A stretch of DNA of 64,000 nt from Candidatus Thioglobus sp. REDSEA-S12_B1 (GCA_001628405.1 LURN01000025.1:120-64119); one strand, 5' to 3'; shown: positions 1 to 9,896, numbered from the stretch's first letter. Made by a program: numbers and translations. The notes: generated by a model not told the origin, from the sequence alone.

Positions 1-179
1 TTTTTGTTAGCCACGATCTTGCTGTCATTAGACAAATGTGTGATAGAGTGATTGTGATGAAAGATGGTCAAGCTTTAGAAAAAGGGAGCAACAAAGATAT
101 TTTTGAATCGCCACAACATAACTATACTCAATCACTTCTCGATTCTATGCCCAAATATAATGGAATGGTTTTAAATTAA
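1..179 (+). CDS. 3' end of ABC transporter ATP-binding protein (oligopeptide/dipeptide type), partial
   Basis: Hand translation from nt 3: FVSHDLAVIRQMCDRVIVMKDGQALEKG...PQHNYTQSLLDSMP, TAA at 177-179; H-loop SHDL and typical oligo_HPY-like tail. Confidence 0.85.
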   Translation, partial: FVSHDLAVIRQMCDRVIVMKDGQALEKGSNKDIFESPQHNYTQSLLDSMPKYNGMVLN

Positions 180-200
180 AATCTCCTAAGGCTTTATGAT

Positions 201-979
201 TCAAATATCTTGTATTAATGTTTCAATGTCTTTTCGATACTTTGACAACTGTTGACGAAGTTTTTTATCTTGCTTTTCAGTTCTTGAATTTAAAATTTCA
301 ACAAATAGACGCTCATTTACCTCGATATTATGTGAATAAGTTCTCCTATAATTGCTAGCAACCTTATCATCTCTGTGAGTAATGTTTTCAAGATCTAACT
401 CCCAGCCATCGCCTCTTTTAAGAATCACCTTAAGATTTTCAATAAGAGCTTTCCGATTACCCCTATAAAGCGGCGTAAATTCTTTCTTATACGTTTGTAG
501 TTATCATTTTGATAAGTTTGCAAATTGCGACTTAAATATTTATTTTCATTCTGTGCAGTCTTGGTTTGCATTGTCTGAAGAAACTCAGTAATTTGTTCAT
601 TTGATAACTCGCGCGTCATTGGAATCACCCACGCAATCATGTTGTCTTCTAATCGAAACCAAGACTGCTCAACTTCATGTGTGATAGCTTCAATAGAAGC
701 CAGCTCAATTTTTTCATCCAGGATTGACTCAAAGTCTTCAATAATTTTTACATATTTAGGTAATTCTTCCTCTCTATGCCATTCAAAGAATGGCTCTAAT
801 AGTTCATTTAATTTCTGCCTTTGTTCTTGATTTAAGTCAACATAGCTCTCTAGATACCATGGCAATAGAAAGTCAATTCTATTATAAATAAAGGTTGTAG
901 AGCTACACCCAACAAGAAAAATCAAAGAAAATAATAGGATTTTTTTTATAAATGAATTAAGAACTATTGGCGTCTTCAT
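201..979 (-). pseudogene. DUF6279-like lipoprotein, split by a frameshift/deletion at about 460-463 (ORFs 425..979 and 201..428)
   Basis: Lipobox LVGC followed by SSTTFIYNRIDFLLPWYLESYVDL; reading continues in another frame as GNRKALIENLKVILKRGDGW to the stop at 201. Confidence 0.6.
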
Positions 980-1080
980 AAAATTTTTGATAAAAAAATT
1001 ACTAAATTTTTTCTCATGTAATTAAAAACAATTTCTATATTTGTGTTTAAATCATCGCTCAAACTAAAAATATTACTCAA

Positions 1081-2127
1081 ATGATTAATCAAATTCACAA
1101 TACAAATATTGAAAGCGAAACTGTTATCACCTCGCCCATTGAATTAAGGAAGCAAATAAAAGTCAGCAATCAAGGCAAAGATAGTATTTTAAAGAGTCGT
1201 AAAACTGTTAATGAGATTTTTTTAGGCAATGACAAAAGATTAATAGTAATCGTAGGCCCATGTTCAATTCATGACATAAAGGCAGCCAAAGAGTATGCTC
1301 TTAAATTAAAGTCGCTACAGCGAGAAGTTGAAGACTCTATCTATATCATGATGAGAGTATATTTTGAGAAACCCAGAACAACGATTGGCTGGAAAGGTTT
1401 AATTAGTGATCCAGATATGGATGATTCACTCGATGTGGAAAAAGGTCTTCGCCAAGGACGAGAGCTTCTTGTTTGGCTTGCAGAGCAGGGAATACCTACA
1501 GCAACTGAAGCACTTAATCCAATTACTCCTCAATATCTCGCTGACCTCATTTCATGGTGCGCAATTGGCGCAAGGACTACAGAATCTCAAACACATCGAG
1601 AAATGTCAAGTGGACTCTCTATGCCAGTTGGCTTTAAAAATGGCACAGATGGTAACCTAACTATGGCTATCAATGCAATTAAAGCCTGCTCCTCCCCTCA
1701 AAGCTTTTTAGGTATTAATGATAAAGGTCAAATTTCTACCTTTAAAGCCAAAGGAAATAAATCTTCACACATAATTCTTAGAGGAGGAATACAACCAAAC
1801 TATGACAAAGAATCAGTTCTTGCTTGCGAAAAACTTCTGAGAGAAAATGGTTTAGCTGAGAGAATTATGATTGACTGCTCTCATGATAATTCATATCAAG
1901 ACTACAGAAATCAAGGCAATGTGATTGATGATATTAAAAATCAAATCATGTCAGGAAATAAATCAATATTTGGCGTCATGCTAGAAAGTAATTTATTCTC
2001 AGGTAAACAAAAGATACTAGCCAATAAGGATGAGATGCAATACGGGGTTTCAGTTACAGACGGTTGTATTGATTGGGAAGAGACTCAAAGCGTAATTAGA
2101 AATCTTACAAAAGCAAAATTAATTTAA
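1081..2127 (+). CDS. aroG: 3-deoxy-7-phosphoheptulonate (DAHP) synthase, class I
   Basis: GPCSIHD, RVYFEKPRT, IGARTTESQTHRE and DCSHDNS motifs; the aroF/G/H isoform cannot be resolved. Confidence 0.92.
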   Translation: MINQIHNTNIESETVITSPIELRKQIKVSNQGKDSILKSRKTVNEIFLGNDKRLIVIVGPCSIHDIKAAKEYALKLKSLQREVEDSIYIMMRVYFEKPRTTIGWKGLISDPDMDDSLDVEKGLRQGRELLVWLAEQGIPTATEALNPITPQYLADLISWCAIGARTTESQTHREMSSGLSMPVGFKNGTDGNLTMAINAIKACSSPQSFLGINDKGQISTFKAKGNKSSHIILRGGIQPNYDKESVLACEKLLRENGLAERIMIDCSHDNSYQDYRNQGNVIDDIKNQIMSGNKSIFGVMLESNLFSGKQKILANKDEMQYGVSVTDGCIDWEETQSVIRNLTKAKLI

Positions 2128-2141
2128 AAAAATTAATTGGT

Positions 2142-2972
2142 TTATTGTCCAAGAAGCTTTATTACTTTGACAGCAGTTTCTTTTAAATCTGGAATAACTT
2201 TTTGCATGATTTGAATCCTATCAAATAGACTAGGATTTGAATCTAAAGTTGATCTTAACGAATTTCCAAAACTTTTTCTTAATACCGTTCCAACATTGAA
2301 TTTTGTCACTTGGCTTTCTGACAACATTTTAATATCCTTATCTTTTATGCCACTTGTACCATGAACCACCAATGGAATACTTAACGCAGCTCTAAGCTTA
2401 TTAAATCTTTCAACATTAATTTCTACGCATCCTGTCTCTATTCGATGGACATTCCCAATTGAAATTGCAAGTGCATCGGGCTTGCCCTCTCTCTCCATTG
2501 CCAATGCCTCAGAAACCTCAGTAAGCTCTGACTTGATATGATCTCTTCCAGAGGCATAAGGAACCGAACCTACCTCAGCTTCCACTGAAACACCTTTAGG
2601 ATTAGCGTAAGAAACAATATCATGAATCGAAGCAATATTTTCCGAAATAGGCAATTGGGAACCATCAAACATGACTGATGTAAACCCACAATCAATAGCT
2701 TGCTTGACCACATCAACTTCATACGTATGATCCAGATGGATGCAAACGGGAACTTTAGAACTGATAGCCATTGGCTTCAACATTCCAATAATTTGATCCA
2801 TTGTCATAAATTGACGCATATCAAGATTAATTGAAAGAATAACAGAGGCATTTCTTGACTCAGCAGCATCGATGACAGCTCTTGAATCCTCAAAACCAAA
2901 AACGTTAAAACACGCTACAGCATACCCCTGATCTTTTGCGGGTAATAGAATATCTTTAAGATTTGAAATCAT
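2142..2972 (-). CDS. Class II fructose-bisphosphate aldolase family protein, IolJ-like (probable 2-deoxy-5-keto-gluconate-6-P aldolase)
   Basis: HLDH, GNVH and LVVHG Zn-ligand motifs, VEAEVG; last gene of the iol operon. Confidence 0.8.
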   Translation of the reverse strand: MISNLKDILLPAKDQGYAVACFNVFGFEDSRAVIDAAESRNASVILSINLDMRQFMTMDQIIGMLKPMAISSKVPVCIHLDHTYEVDVVKQAIDCGFTSVMFDGSQLPISENIASIHDIVSYANPKGVSVEAEVGSVPYASGRDHIKSELTEVSEALAMEREGKPDALAISIGNVHRIETGCVEINVERFNKLRAALSIPLVVHGTSGIKDKDIKMLSESQVTKFNVGTVLRKSFGNSLRSTLDSNPSLFDRIQIMQKVIPDLKETAVKVIKLLGQ

Positions 2973-3811
2973 TATTTAAATTTGTTAAGCATATCTTGCA
3001 TACCAGGAATTGTTTCGAGTTGATACGCATACTCCTTTTGATAGTTCATATGGAGCGGTCTCTGGCTCTCACCTGCCAAAATAGTAAAGTAATACATCTC
3101 AAATCCTGGGGCTGCAACACAAGGATGATAGCCTTTATCAAAAATAAATGTTGATCCATCACGAACATGGTAGACAGGGCCAAAATCTTCGCCATCAGGC
3201 GTTAAAAATTGAGCACCAAAACCATTAGAAGGGTTAAACCTGAAATTATAAACTTCATTGTGTCTACTCTCATCTGGAAGCATATCAGTTTCATGCTTGT
3301 GAGGAGGAAACCCTGACCAACCACCTTCTCCAACAGTAAACAATTCACTTACTAATAACTTGCCAACTTTTCCAGGTGGATTTTTACCTAAGATATGTTT
3401 AATTTTTCTGTGAGTTTTCGTATCATCAGACCCATACTGAACCTTGTCTATATCATTTTGCCTAATTACAAATGCCTCATAAGTCTCATTATGCTTTGCT
3501 CCAGAAATAAAAACTTCAGCTTTACCACTTTTGCATTTCAATTTAGCTTTTTGATTAACAGGGATATAAACTCCCTCAGGATCGCTCTCCCAAATATGAT
3601 TTCTTTTGCCAACTTCATTAAAATTTCGGCCTTCAACTTCAACATCAATCGTTCCAGTAGCAGGAACAATACAAGTTTCGTATTCACCTAGTTGATAACT
3701 AAACTCCTCTCCAGCAGAAAGTTTAATGATATTGAAATAACATAGAGGCACTATTTCATTATTGCAATCTACAATAGGTTCGTTATTATTTTCGTGTTGG
3801 GGGATATGCAT
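2972..3811 (-). CDS. iolB: 5-deoxy-glucuronate isomerase family (IolB/KduI), second copy
   Basis: GGWSGFPPHKHETD, HNEVYNFRF and GYHPCVAAPG motifs; start placed at ATG 3811 behind a GGAG RBS rather than 3823. Confidence 0.8.
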   Translation of the reverse strand: MHIPQHENNNEPIVDCNNEIVPLCYFNIIKLSAGEEFSYQLGEYETCIVPATGTIDVEVEGRNFNEVGKRNHIWESDPEGVYIPVNQKAKLKCKSGKAEVFISGAKHNETYEAFVIRQNDIDKVQYGSDDTKTHRKIKHILGKNPPGKVGKLLVSELFTVGEGGWSGFPPHKHETDMLPDESRHNEVYNFRFNPSNGFGAQFLTPDGEDFGPVYHVRDGSTFIFDKGYHPCVAAPGFEMYYFTILAGESQRPLHMNYQKEYAYQLETIPGMQDMLNKFK

Positions 3812-3813
3812 TT

Positions 3814-4809
3814 TTAACTCCACTCTGTTTTTGGTTCGATGGTCATAGCATCTTGCAAAGACTTTATTTCTTTAGCTGTAGGCATCGCACTAGCACAGCC
3901 CTGCTTTGAAACAACAATAGCCGCAGCAGCACTCCCAGCGTCAATTGCTTTTTCCCAGTCTCCTAAAGACATATAATTCATTATTAAATTCCCAAGAAAG
4001 GCATCTCCAGAACCATATGGTTTCAAAGCCTTTAGTTTATAAATGCCAGCATCTAAATGCCGATCTCCAGAAAATAGAGTGCATCCATTTTGGCCTTTTT
4101 TTAGAATCATTATCTGATTACTGGAAATACATTTTTGAACCTGAATTGTTAGTTCACTATTCAGAATCTTAAACTCCTCCTCATTCCCAATAATAACATC
4201 TGATAGCTCCTCAGCCTTCTGATATGCAGATCGAGTTGTTTCCTCATCGGGCCAATTCCAGTGCCTGTAATCTAGATCTAGCCAAACTTTACAATCATTA
4301 TTTTTGGCATGTTTCATCATTTTCAATACTTGTTTTCTTGAGTGGTCACTTATTAGACTCGTTCCTGTAACTACAAGATTACTACTATTCAAAATTGCCA
4401 ACTTTACATTTTGATCAAAGATGATTTGAAGGTCTGCTGGATTGTTACGATAAATTACAACTTCACAATCAATTGGGCGCTCTTCAGCAATTGCAAGGCT
4501 TGTCCTTTCGTTTCCATGAGTTGTCTGCATTAAATCTATTTCTATACCCTCTTTAACAAGTCGATTTTTAACAAATAAACCAACAGGATCATTTGAAAGT
4601 GCAGAAATCAGGCCAATATTACCACCAGCCCTTTTCATTGCAATAGCTATATTAGCTCCTGAGCCTCCAACATCTGATGCAAATAGTTCAGCAGACGTCG
4701 TTTTTGACCCTGGTGGCTGAGGATAAAGATCAAGACCAGCCCTCCCAACAACAAGTGCGTTCCAATCTCTGGATTCATGATAAATTAAATTTTGGACTTG
4801 ATTAGACAT
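3814..4809 (-). CDS. PfkB-family kinase, stand-alone IolC-like (5-dehydro-2-deoxygluconokinase)
   Basis: GRAGLDLYP, DVGGSGANIA, DLDYR, GNEEEF and GSGDAFLG PfkB motifs; start placed at ATG 4809, overlapping the upstream stop. Confidence 0.8.
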   Translation of the reverse strand: MSNQVQNLIYHESRDWNALVVGRAGLDLYPQPPGSKTTSAELFASDVGGSGANIAIAMKRAGGNIGLISALSNDPVGLFVKNRLVKEGIEIDLMQTTHGNERTSLAIAEERPIDCEVVIYRNNPADLQIIFDQNVKLAILNSSNLVVTGTSLISDHSRKQVLKMMKHAKNNDCKVWLDLDYRHWNWPDEETTRSAYQKAEELSDVIIGNEEEFKILNSELTIQVQKCISSNQIMILKKGQNGCTLFSGDRHLDAGIYKLKALKPYGSGDAFLGNLIMNYMSLGDWEKAIDAGSAAAAIVVSKQGCASAMPTAKEIKSLQDAMTIEPKTEWS

Positions 4810-5929
4810 CAACCCATTGACCAGAAAGGGCAGATCGATCAATTGCATCCATGACTCTTTCTATTTTTAGTCCATCTGAAAAATTGGGCCAAACAGACTG
4901 ACCAGTTTCAATCGCATCAAGAAGATGTTTTAATTCACACACCTTAACATCAATATAACCAAGACTATGGCCAGCATTTGGTAAAAAAGCATCATATGGT
5001 GGTTGAGCTGGACCACTCAAAATTGTTTTAAAGCCCTCCTGTCTTGGATCTTCACTACGAGTATAAAGCTTAATCTCATTTAAACGCTCTTGATCATGGC
5101 ATATCATTCCTTGTGACCCATGAATCTCCCAGCTTAGTCCACACTTTCTACCCCATGCCACTCTGCTAACTCTCAATGTGCCCTTGATTCCGCTCTCAAA
5201 ATGAGCCATTGCAGTACAAACATCATCATTATCAACAACGAGAGTTTGTCCTGGATTTTTTGGATCTGGACGCTGTTTATGAACTGTGTCATAATCACCT
5301 ACTAATCGAGTGATTTCACTTCCAGTCATATAGTGGGCCATACTAACTAGATGGCACATCACGTCAGCATTTGATCCTGTTCCAGACGCTTCCCGACTCA
5401 TACGCCAAGAATGGGGCCTATCTGGATCTGCCTCATTATCTACATCATAAACTCCATAAAACCCTATAACTCTTCCAATTACGCCTTCATCAATAAGTTT
5501 TTTTGCACTTTGAACTGCAGGATTTTGAGTATAGTTATAACCCAGTATTGTTTGAGAACTTGCTGCTTGTTTAGCAGCTTCAAGCATTGCCTCAGAGTCA
5601 GATAAATTGGTTGACATTGGCTTCTCACACCATACATGTTTTCCAAGCTTTAGAGCTGCTACTGAAATTTCTTTGTGCAATGAATTCGGTACGCATACAG
5701 AAATGAGTTCAACTTTTGGATCATTAACCAACTCCATCCATGAGCTAGTACATCTTGAAAAGCCCATTTCCTTTCTCATCACCTCAGCTCTATCAGGGTT
5801 ATAGTCACAAATCATTTCAAGCTTTGGTCTTAATCCGTCACCAAAAACACTTCCTGCTGCAGCATATGCAATCGAATGTGCCTTCCCCATAAAAGCTGTT
5901 CCTATAACTCCTATGCCAATTGTTTTCAT
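4802..5929 (-). CDS. Gfo/Idh/MocA oxidoreductase, scyllo-inositol dehydrogenase (LgdA/pl-sIDH)-like
   Basis: GTAFMG dinucleotide fold, CEKP, GYNY, DxxCH (DVMCH), DQERLNE and GPAQP motifs; located in the iol operon. Confidence 0.8.
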   Translation of the reverse strand: MKTIGIGVIGTAFMGKAHSIAYAAAGSVFGDGLRPKLEMICDYNPDRAEVMRKEMGFSRCTSSWMELVNDPKVELISVCVPNSLHKEISVAALKLGKHVWCEKPMSTNLSDSEAMLEAAKQAASSQTILGYNYTQNPAVQSAKKLIDEGVIGRVIGFYGVYDVDNEADPDRPHSWRMSREASGTGSNADVMCHLVSMAHYMTGSEITRLVGDYDTVHKQRPDPKNPGQTLVVDNDDVCTAMAHFESGIKGTLRVSRVAWGRKCGLSWEIHGSQGMICHDQERLNEIKLYTRSEDPRQEGFKTILSGPAQPPYDAFLPNAGHSLGYIDVKVCELKHLLDAIETGQSVWPNFSDGLKIERVMDAIDRSALSGQWVDV

Positions 5930-6831
5930 CTTTTTTCCTCTATTTCAATTCCAAATTTATCACAATAGCTTGTAATATTTTTATAACCCATAGTTACATA
6001 AGTTAATGGATGTGCTTTGGCAGGATCTTGTTCCGCCTCAACGACAATCCATCCTTTAAAATCATTATCACTAACCATTTTAAATAGCCCAGGAAAATCA
6101 AACATTCCATCACCTGGTACTGTATAAACTCCATTTAAAACTGCATTCAAAAAACTTGAATCGGACTCAAGAGCGTCTTTTAATATATCTTCCCTGACAT
6201 CTTTACAATGAATATGAAGAACCCTGTCACGATGTTTTTTATAAACGCTCAAAGGATCAGCTCCTGCATAAATAAAATGCCCTGTATCAAATACTAAACC
6301 TAAATCATTGCTAGTCATTGCCATTAATTTATCAACCTCTTCTTCAATTTGCACCACTGTCCCCATGTGATGATGGTAAGCAAGTTTCATTCCATGAGAC
6401 AAAGTGTATTTAGCTAACTGGTCTAGTTTTTTTGTCCAATCCTTCCATTGGTCATCATTCAGAATGGGTCGTTTAGAAAGTGGCGAATCAATGTCTCCAT
6501 GAACACATGAATCCATTTCACAATATACAATGACATCTGTCCCAAGTTCTTTCAAAAGTTGCATGTGCGGAGTAATTCTCTCTATTTCTCCTTCAAGAGT
6601 ATCGTTTAACAAGCCCCCACAAAACCAGCTTGAAACAACATCCATATCATATTTTCTGAATAAAGGCTCAAGAACTGAAACTTCCCTGGGCCATTTACCC
6701 CCTAGCTCGAATCCCCGATATCCAGCTTCTCTACCCTCTTGGAGGCATTGCTCCACAGTTGTATCACGACCTAATTCTGGCATGTCATCATTAGTCCATG
6801 ATATCGGACTAACACCAATTTTCACACTCAT
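5926..6831 (-). CDS. iolE: myo-inosose-2 dehydratase
   Basis: GVSPISWTNDDMPELG N-terminus, YHHHMGT, DTGH, HCKD and VVEAEQDP. Confidence 0.95.
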   Translation of the reverse strand: MSVKIGVSPISWTNDDMPELGRDTTVEQCLQEGREAGYRGFELGGKWPREVSVLEPLFRKYDMDVVSSWFCGGLLNDTLEGEIERITPHMQLLKELGTDVIVYCEMDSCVHGDIDSPLSKRPILNDDQWKDWTKKLDQLAKYTLSHGMKLAYHHHMGTVVQIEEEVDKLMAMTSNDLGLVFDTGHFIYAGADPLSVYKKHRDRVLHIHCKDVREDILKDALESDSSFLNAVLNGVYTVPGDGMFDFPGLFKMVSDNDFKGWIVVEAEQDPAKAHPLTYVTMGYKNITSYCDKFGIEIEEKR

Positions 6832-6858
6832 TTATTATCTCCAAATTGTTAGTAATAT

Positions 6859-8037
6859 TTATCTAGCAAGCCTGACTTGCTGTTGCTCCAATAGCTTCAA
6901 TTTAAATTTTTCTGGACTCAAAGAATCCAAAAGTGATTGTTTTGTAAGATCAAACATACTCATACCCTGTAGTTTGGAATCAGAATTTTTGTCAGAATCC
7001 AGGTTTGTCGGAAAAGCATAACCATCTGTTGCGCAAATAAGAACATTCTCAATTAATCTCTCTGACAGGGTTTTGTTTTTTATATGATCTAGCAACGAAG
7101 GATAGATATGGGTAATAATTTTTATATAATCTATATGCTCCATTGTCTTTCCAAAGGCAGATGAAATCTGAAGAAGATTTCCTATTCTATGAAAATTATT
7201 CGTAGTGTTTGCTCCTGCAGCATGAAATATAGCAGGATTAAAGAAAATACCGTCGCCTTTAGACATTGAATTTTGCACCGAATATTTATTAAAAAAATCA
7301 GCAAAATTTGTATCTCTCCATGTCAGGTAGCCCAAATCATATTGTTGTGAATAAGGTAGAACAACAGTAGGACCACTCTCTAAAGGCATATCAGTGTGTG
7401 CAACGCCTCCCTGTAAGGTCAAATAGTTTGAAAGGCGATGTATTGAAATTGGAAATTTTTCAACGACTTCATTTTCTTGAAAACCCAAATGATAGTCTCT
7501 GTGCGGTTTCTGCATTTCACCACCTGGCCTTACAATATTAACCTGAGCAGTCATTTGAGAGTTAGGGCCACACCATGACTCGGCAATAATCTTTACTAAA
7601 TCATTTGAATAGTAATTGATGAATGCCTCTTGGTTTTCCATGGCTACCTTTTGAAAGCTATTCCAGATTCTAGTATTGGTTCCAGCTGCAAAGTGGTCAT
7701 TACTAGAATTGCTTTCATTTTTTACAATTTTTTCAAAAATTGCATTACTCTCATCTATTACATCCTCATTGTATAGATTTCGAACTACAAATACTCCTGG
7801 TCCACTCTCTAAGACATGATGCATCTCTGTTTTCAATTTAATTTCTTCCTCAATATTGCCAACAAATGACCTAAAGTCTTTTGCATCATATATAACAACA
7901 TTATTTGAAATTGAATCAGAAAGCGGATAATTAGCTTCTATAGTTTCTTGGGAGCAGATACTTATTAATTCATCATAATCAATATCAGAATCACTAAAAT
8001 ACACTTGATGATTTAATGAAGAAGATTTTTCTTTCAT
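6859..8037 (-). CDS. Phytanoyl-CoA dioxygenase (PhyH) family Fe(II)/2-oxoglutarate dioxygenase, substrate unknown
   Basis: QVNIVRPGG, HRD facial-triad start (PHRDYHLG), GPT, GDGIFFNPAIFHAAG with the distal His. Confidence 0.8.
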   Translation of the reverse strand: MKEKSSSLNHQVYFSDSDIDYDELISICSQETIEANYPLSDSISNNVVIYDAKDFRSFVGNIEEEIKLKTEMHHVLESGPGVFVVRNLYNEDVIDESNAIFEKIVKNESNSSNDHFAAGTNTRIWNSFQKVAMENQEAFINYYSNDLVKIIAESWCGPNSQMTAQVNIVRPGGEMQKPHRDYHLGFQENEVVEKFPISIHRLSNYLTLQGGVAHTDMPLESGPTVVLPYSQQYDLGYLTWRDTNFADFFNKYSVQNSMSKGDGIFFNPAIFHAAGANTTNNFHRIGNLLQISSAFGKTMEHIDYIKIITHIYPSLLDHIKNKTLSERLIENVLICATDGYAFPTNLDSDKNSDSKLQGMSMFDLTKQSLLDSLSPEKFKLKLLEQQQVRLAR

Positions 8038-8039
8038 TT

Positions 8040-9896
8040 CTAGTAAGGCTGGTTAGTCTTTGATTTCCTATAGGCGCTCAGAACTTCATCGCTCTTTTCA
8101 TTTGAGGAAACCTCAGGCACTGCAACCTCCCACCAGCAGCCTCCTTCAGGGCTTATTTTGTGAGAGTCTGTGACTATACTGATCACATAGGACTTTGTTG
8201 ATAATCTTGCCCTCTCAAGAGCTGAAGCAAGTTCAGTTATATTCTCAACATGCTCAGAGTTAGCACCAAGTGATTTTGCATGCATTGCAAAATTAATTTC
8301 CGGATGACCGTCTTCTATACTTTTGCAGTCTTTGAGTAAATTATTAAAAGAACGATTTCCTGTTGCATTTTGAAGACGATTAATACATGAAAAACCTCTA
8401 TTATCTAGGACAACAGCAATAATTTTTTGACCTAGCATTACGCTTGTGGCAAGCTCTGAATTGAGCATCAGATAGGATCCATCACCCACAAGAACTATTA
8501 CTTCACGTTCTGGCTGAGCCATTTTGACGCCAAGTCCACCTGCAATCTCATAACCCATACAAGAAAAACCATACTCAGAATGATAGCCGCCTGTTTGCTC
8601 TGTTCTCCATAGCTTATGAAGTTCTCCAGGCAAACTTCCTGCTGCACACACTACGATATCGCTAGCATTTCCATTGCGCTTGACTTCTCCAAGCACCTGA
8701 GCATCCGTAGGTAAATTATTGTCTGCATCAGATGAACCATTTATAGATGTTATCTGATCATAATAGTCATTCCAGCTTGAGGCTTCTTTCTCCGACTCTA
8801 GAAACCACTCCTCAGATGCTTTCCAGTCTGAAAGCTGATCATCAAGTTCGTTCATACCAAGTCGTGCATCACCCCATAAAGAAAAGGCATTATGTTTTAT
8901 TGCATCAAACCGAGCGACATTTAATTGAACAAGTTTTTTATCGGAAAATAAAGCTCTCGAGCCTGAGATAAAATCATTTAATCTTGTACCGATTGCCAAA
9001 ACTACATCTGCTTGTCTAGCCAAGTTATTGGCTGCATTAGACCCTGTAACTCCAATGGCACCGACATAGCCTGGATGGTTCCAGGAAACTGCTCCTTTTC
9101 CGGCTGATGTCTCGGCAACTGGTATTTTATATTTTTCAGAAAATTTCTTTAGTGTGTCACAAGCATTAGCATAATGGACACCTCCACCTGCAATAATCAA
9201 AGGTTTTTTTGAATTTTTTAAGATTTCAGTAACACGAACTAACTCCTCATTATCAACCTTTATTTTGCGAATATTATGAACTCTTTTTTTGAAAAAATCT
9301 TCTGGATAATCGAATGCTTCTGCCTGAACATCTTGAGGCAAGGAAAGGGTTACTGGACCACAATTTTCAGGATCCAAAAGCGTTTGCATCGCAACAGGCA
9401 AGCTATTTATAATTTGTTCAGGTCTCATAATCCGATCAAAGTATCTGCTCACGGGTTTGAAGCAGTCATTTACACTCACAGTAGGGTCAGAAAAATCCTC
9501 TAATTGTTGCAGCACTGGATCTGGCGTTCGACTCGCAAAGTAATCACCTGGCAATAATAAAACAGGTAATCGATTTACATGAGCTAGTGCAGCAGCTGTT
9601 ACCATATTCGTTGCTCCAGGACCTATTGAACTTGTACACGCCATCATTCTTTTACGATTATTAGCTTTTGCATATGCAATCGCTGAGTGAACCATTCCCT
9701 GCTCACTATGGCCCCGATAGGTTGGTAACTCATCTTGAATTTCTGTCAGCGCCTGACCTATACCAGCAACATTTCCATGGCCAAAAATTGCAAAGACACC
9801 AGCAAATATTGGCTGAATACCCTCATCAGTCTCAATAAATTGTGAAGACATATATCGAACTATTGCCTGAGTCATTGTTAGTCTAATAGTTTTCAT
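8040..9896 (-). CDS. iolD: 3D-(3,5/4)-trihydroxycyclohexane-1,2-dione acylhydrolase
   Basis: IFGHGNVAG, EQGMVH, TPDPVLQQLE, EYGFSCMGYE and the TPP-binding GDGS...N motif. Confidence 0.96.
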   Translation of the reverse strand: MKTIRLTMTQAIVRYMSSQFIETDEGIQPIFAGVFAIFGHGNVAGIGQALTEIQDELPTYRGHSEQGMVHSAIAYAKANNRKRMMACTSSIGPGATNMVTAAALAHVNRLPVLLLPGDYFASRTPDPVLQQLEDFSDPTVSVNDCFKPVSRYFDRIMRPEQIINSLPVAMQTLLDPENCGPVTLSLPQDVQAEAFDYPEDFFKKRVHNIRKIKVDNEELVRVTEILKNSKKPLIIAGGGVHYANACDTLKKFSEKYKIPVAETSAGKGAVSWNHPGYVGAIGVTGSNAANNLARQADVVLAIGTRLNDFISGSRALFSDKKLVQLNVARFDAIKHNAFSLWGDARLGMNELDDQLSDWKASEEWFLESEKEASSWNDYYDQITSINGSSDADNNLPTDAQVLGEVKRNGNASDIVVCAAGSLPGELHKLWRTEQTGGYHSEYGFSCMGYEIAGGLGVKMAQPEREVIVLVGDGSYLMLNSELATSVMLGQKIIAVVLDNRGFSCINRLQNATGNRSFNNLLKDCKSIEDGHPEINFAMHAKSLGANSEHVENITELASALERARLSTKSYVISIVTDSHKISPEGGCWWEVAVPEVSSNEKSDEVLSAYRKSKTNQPY

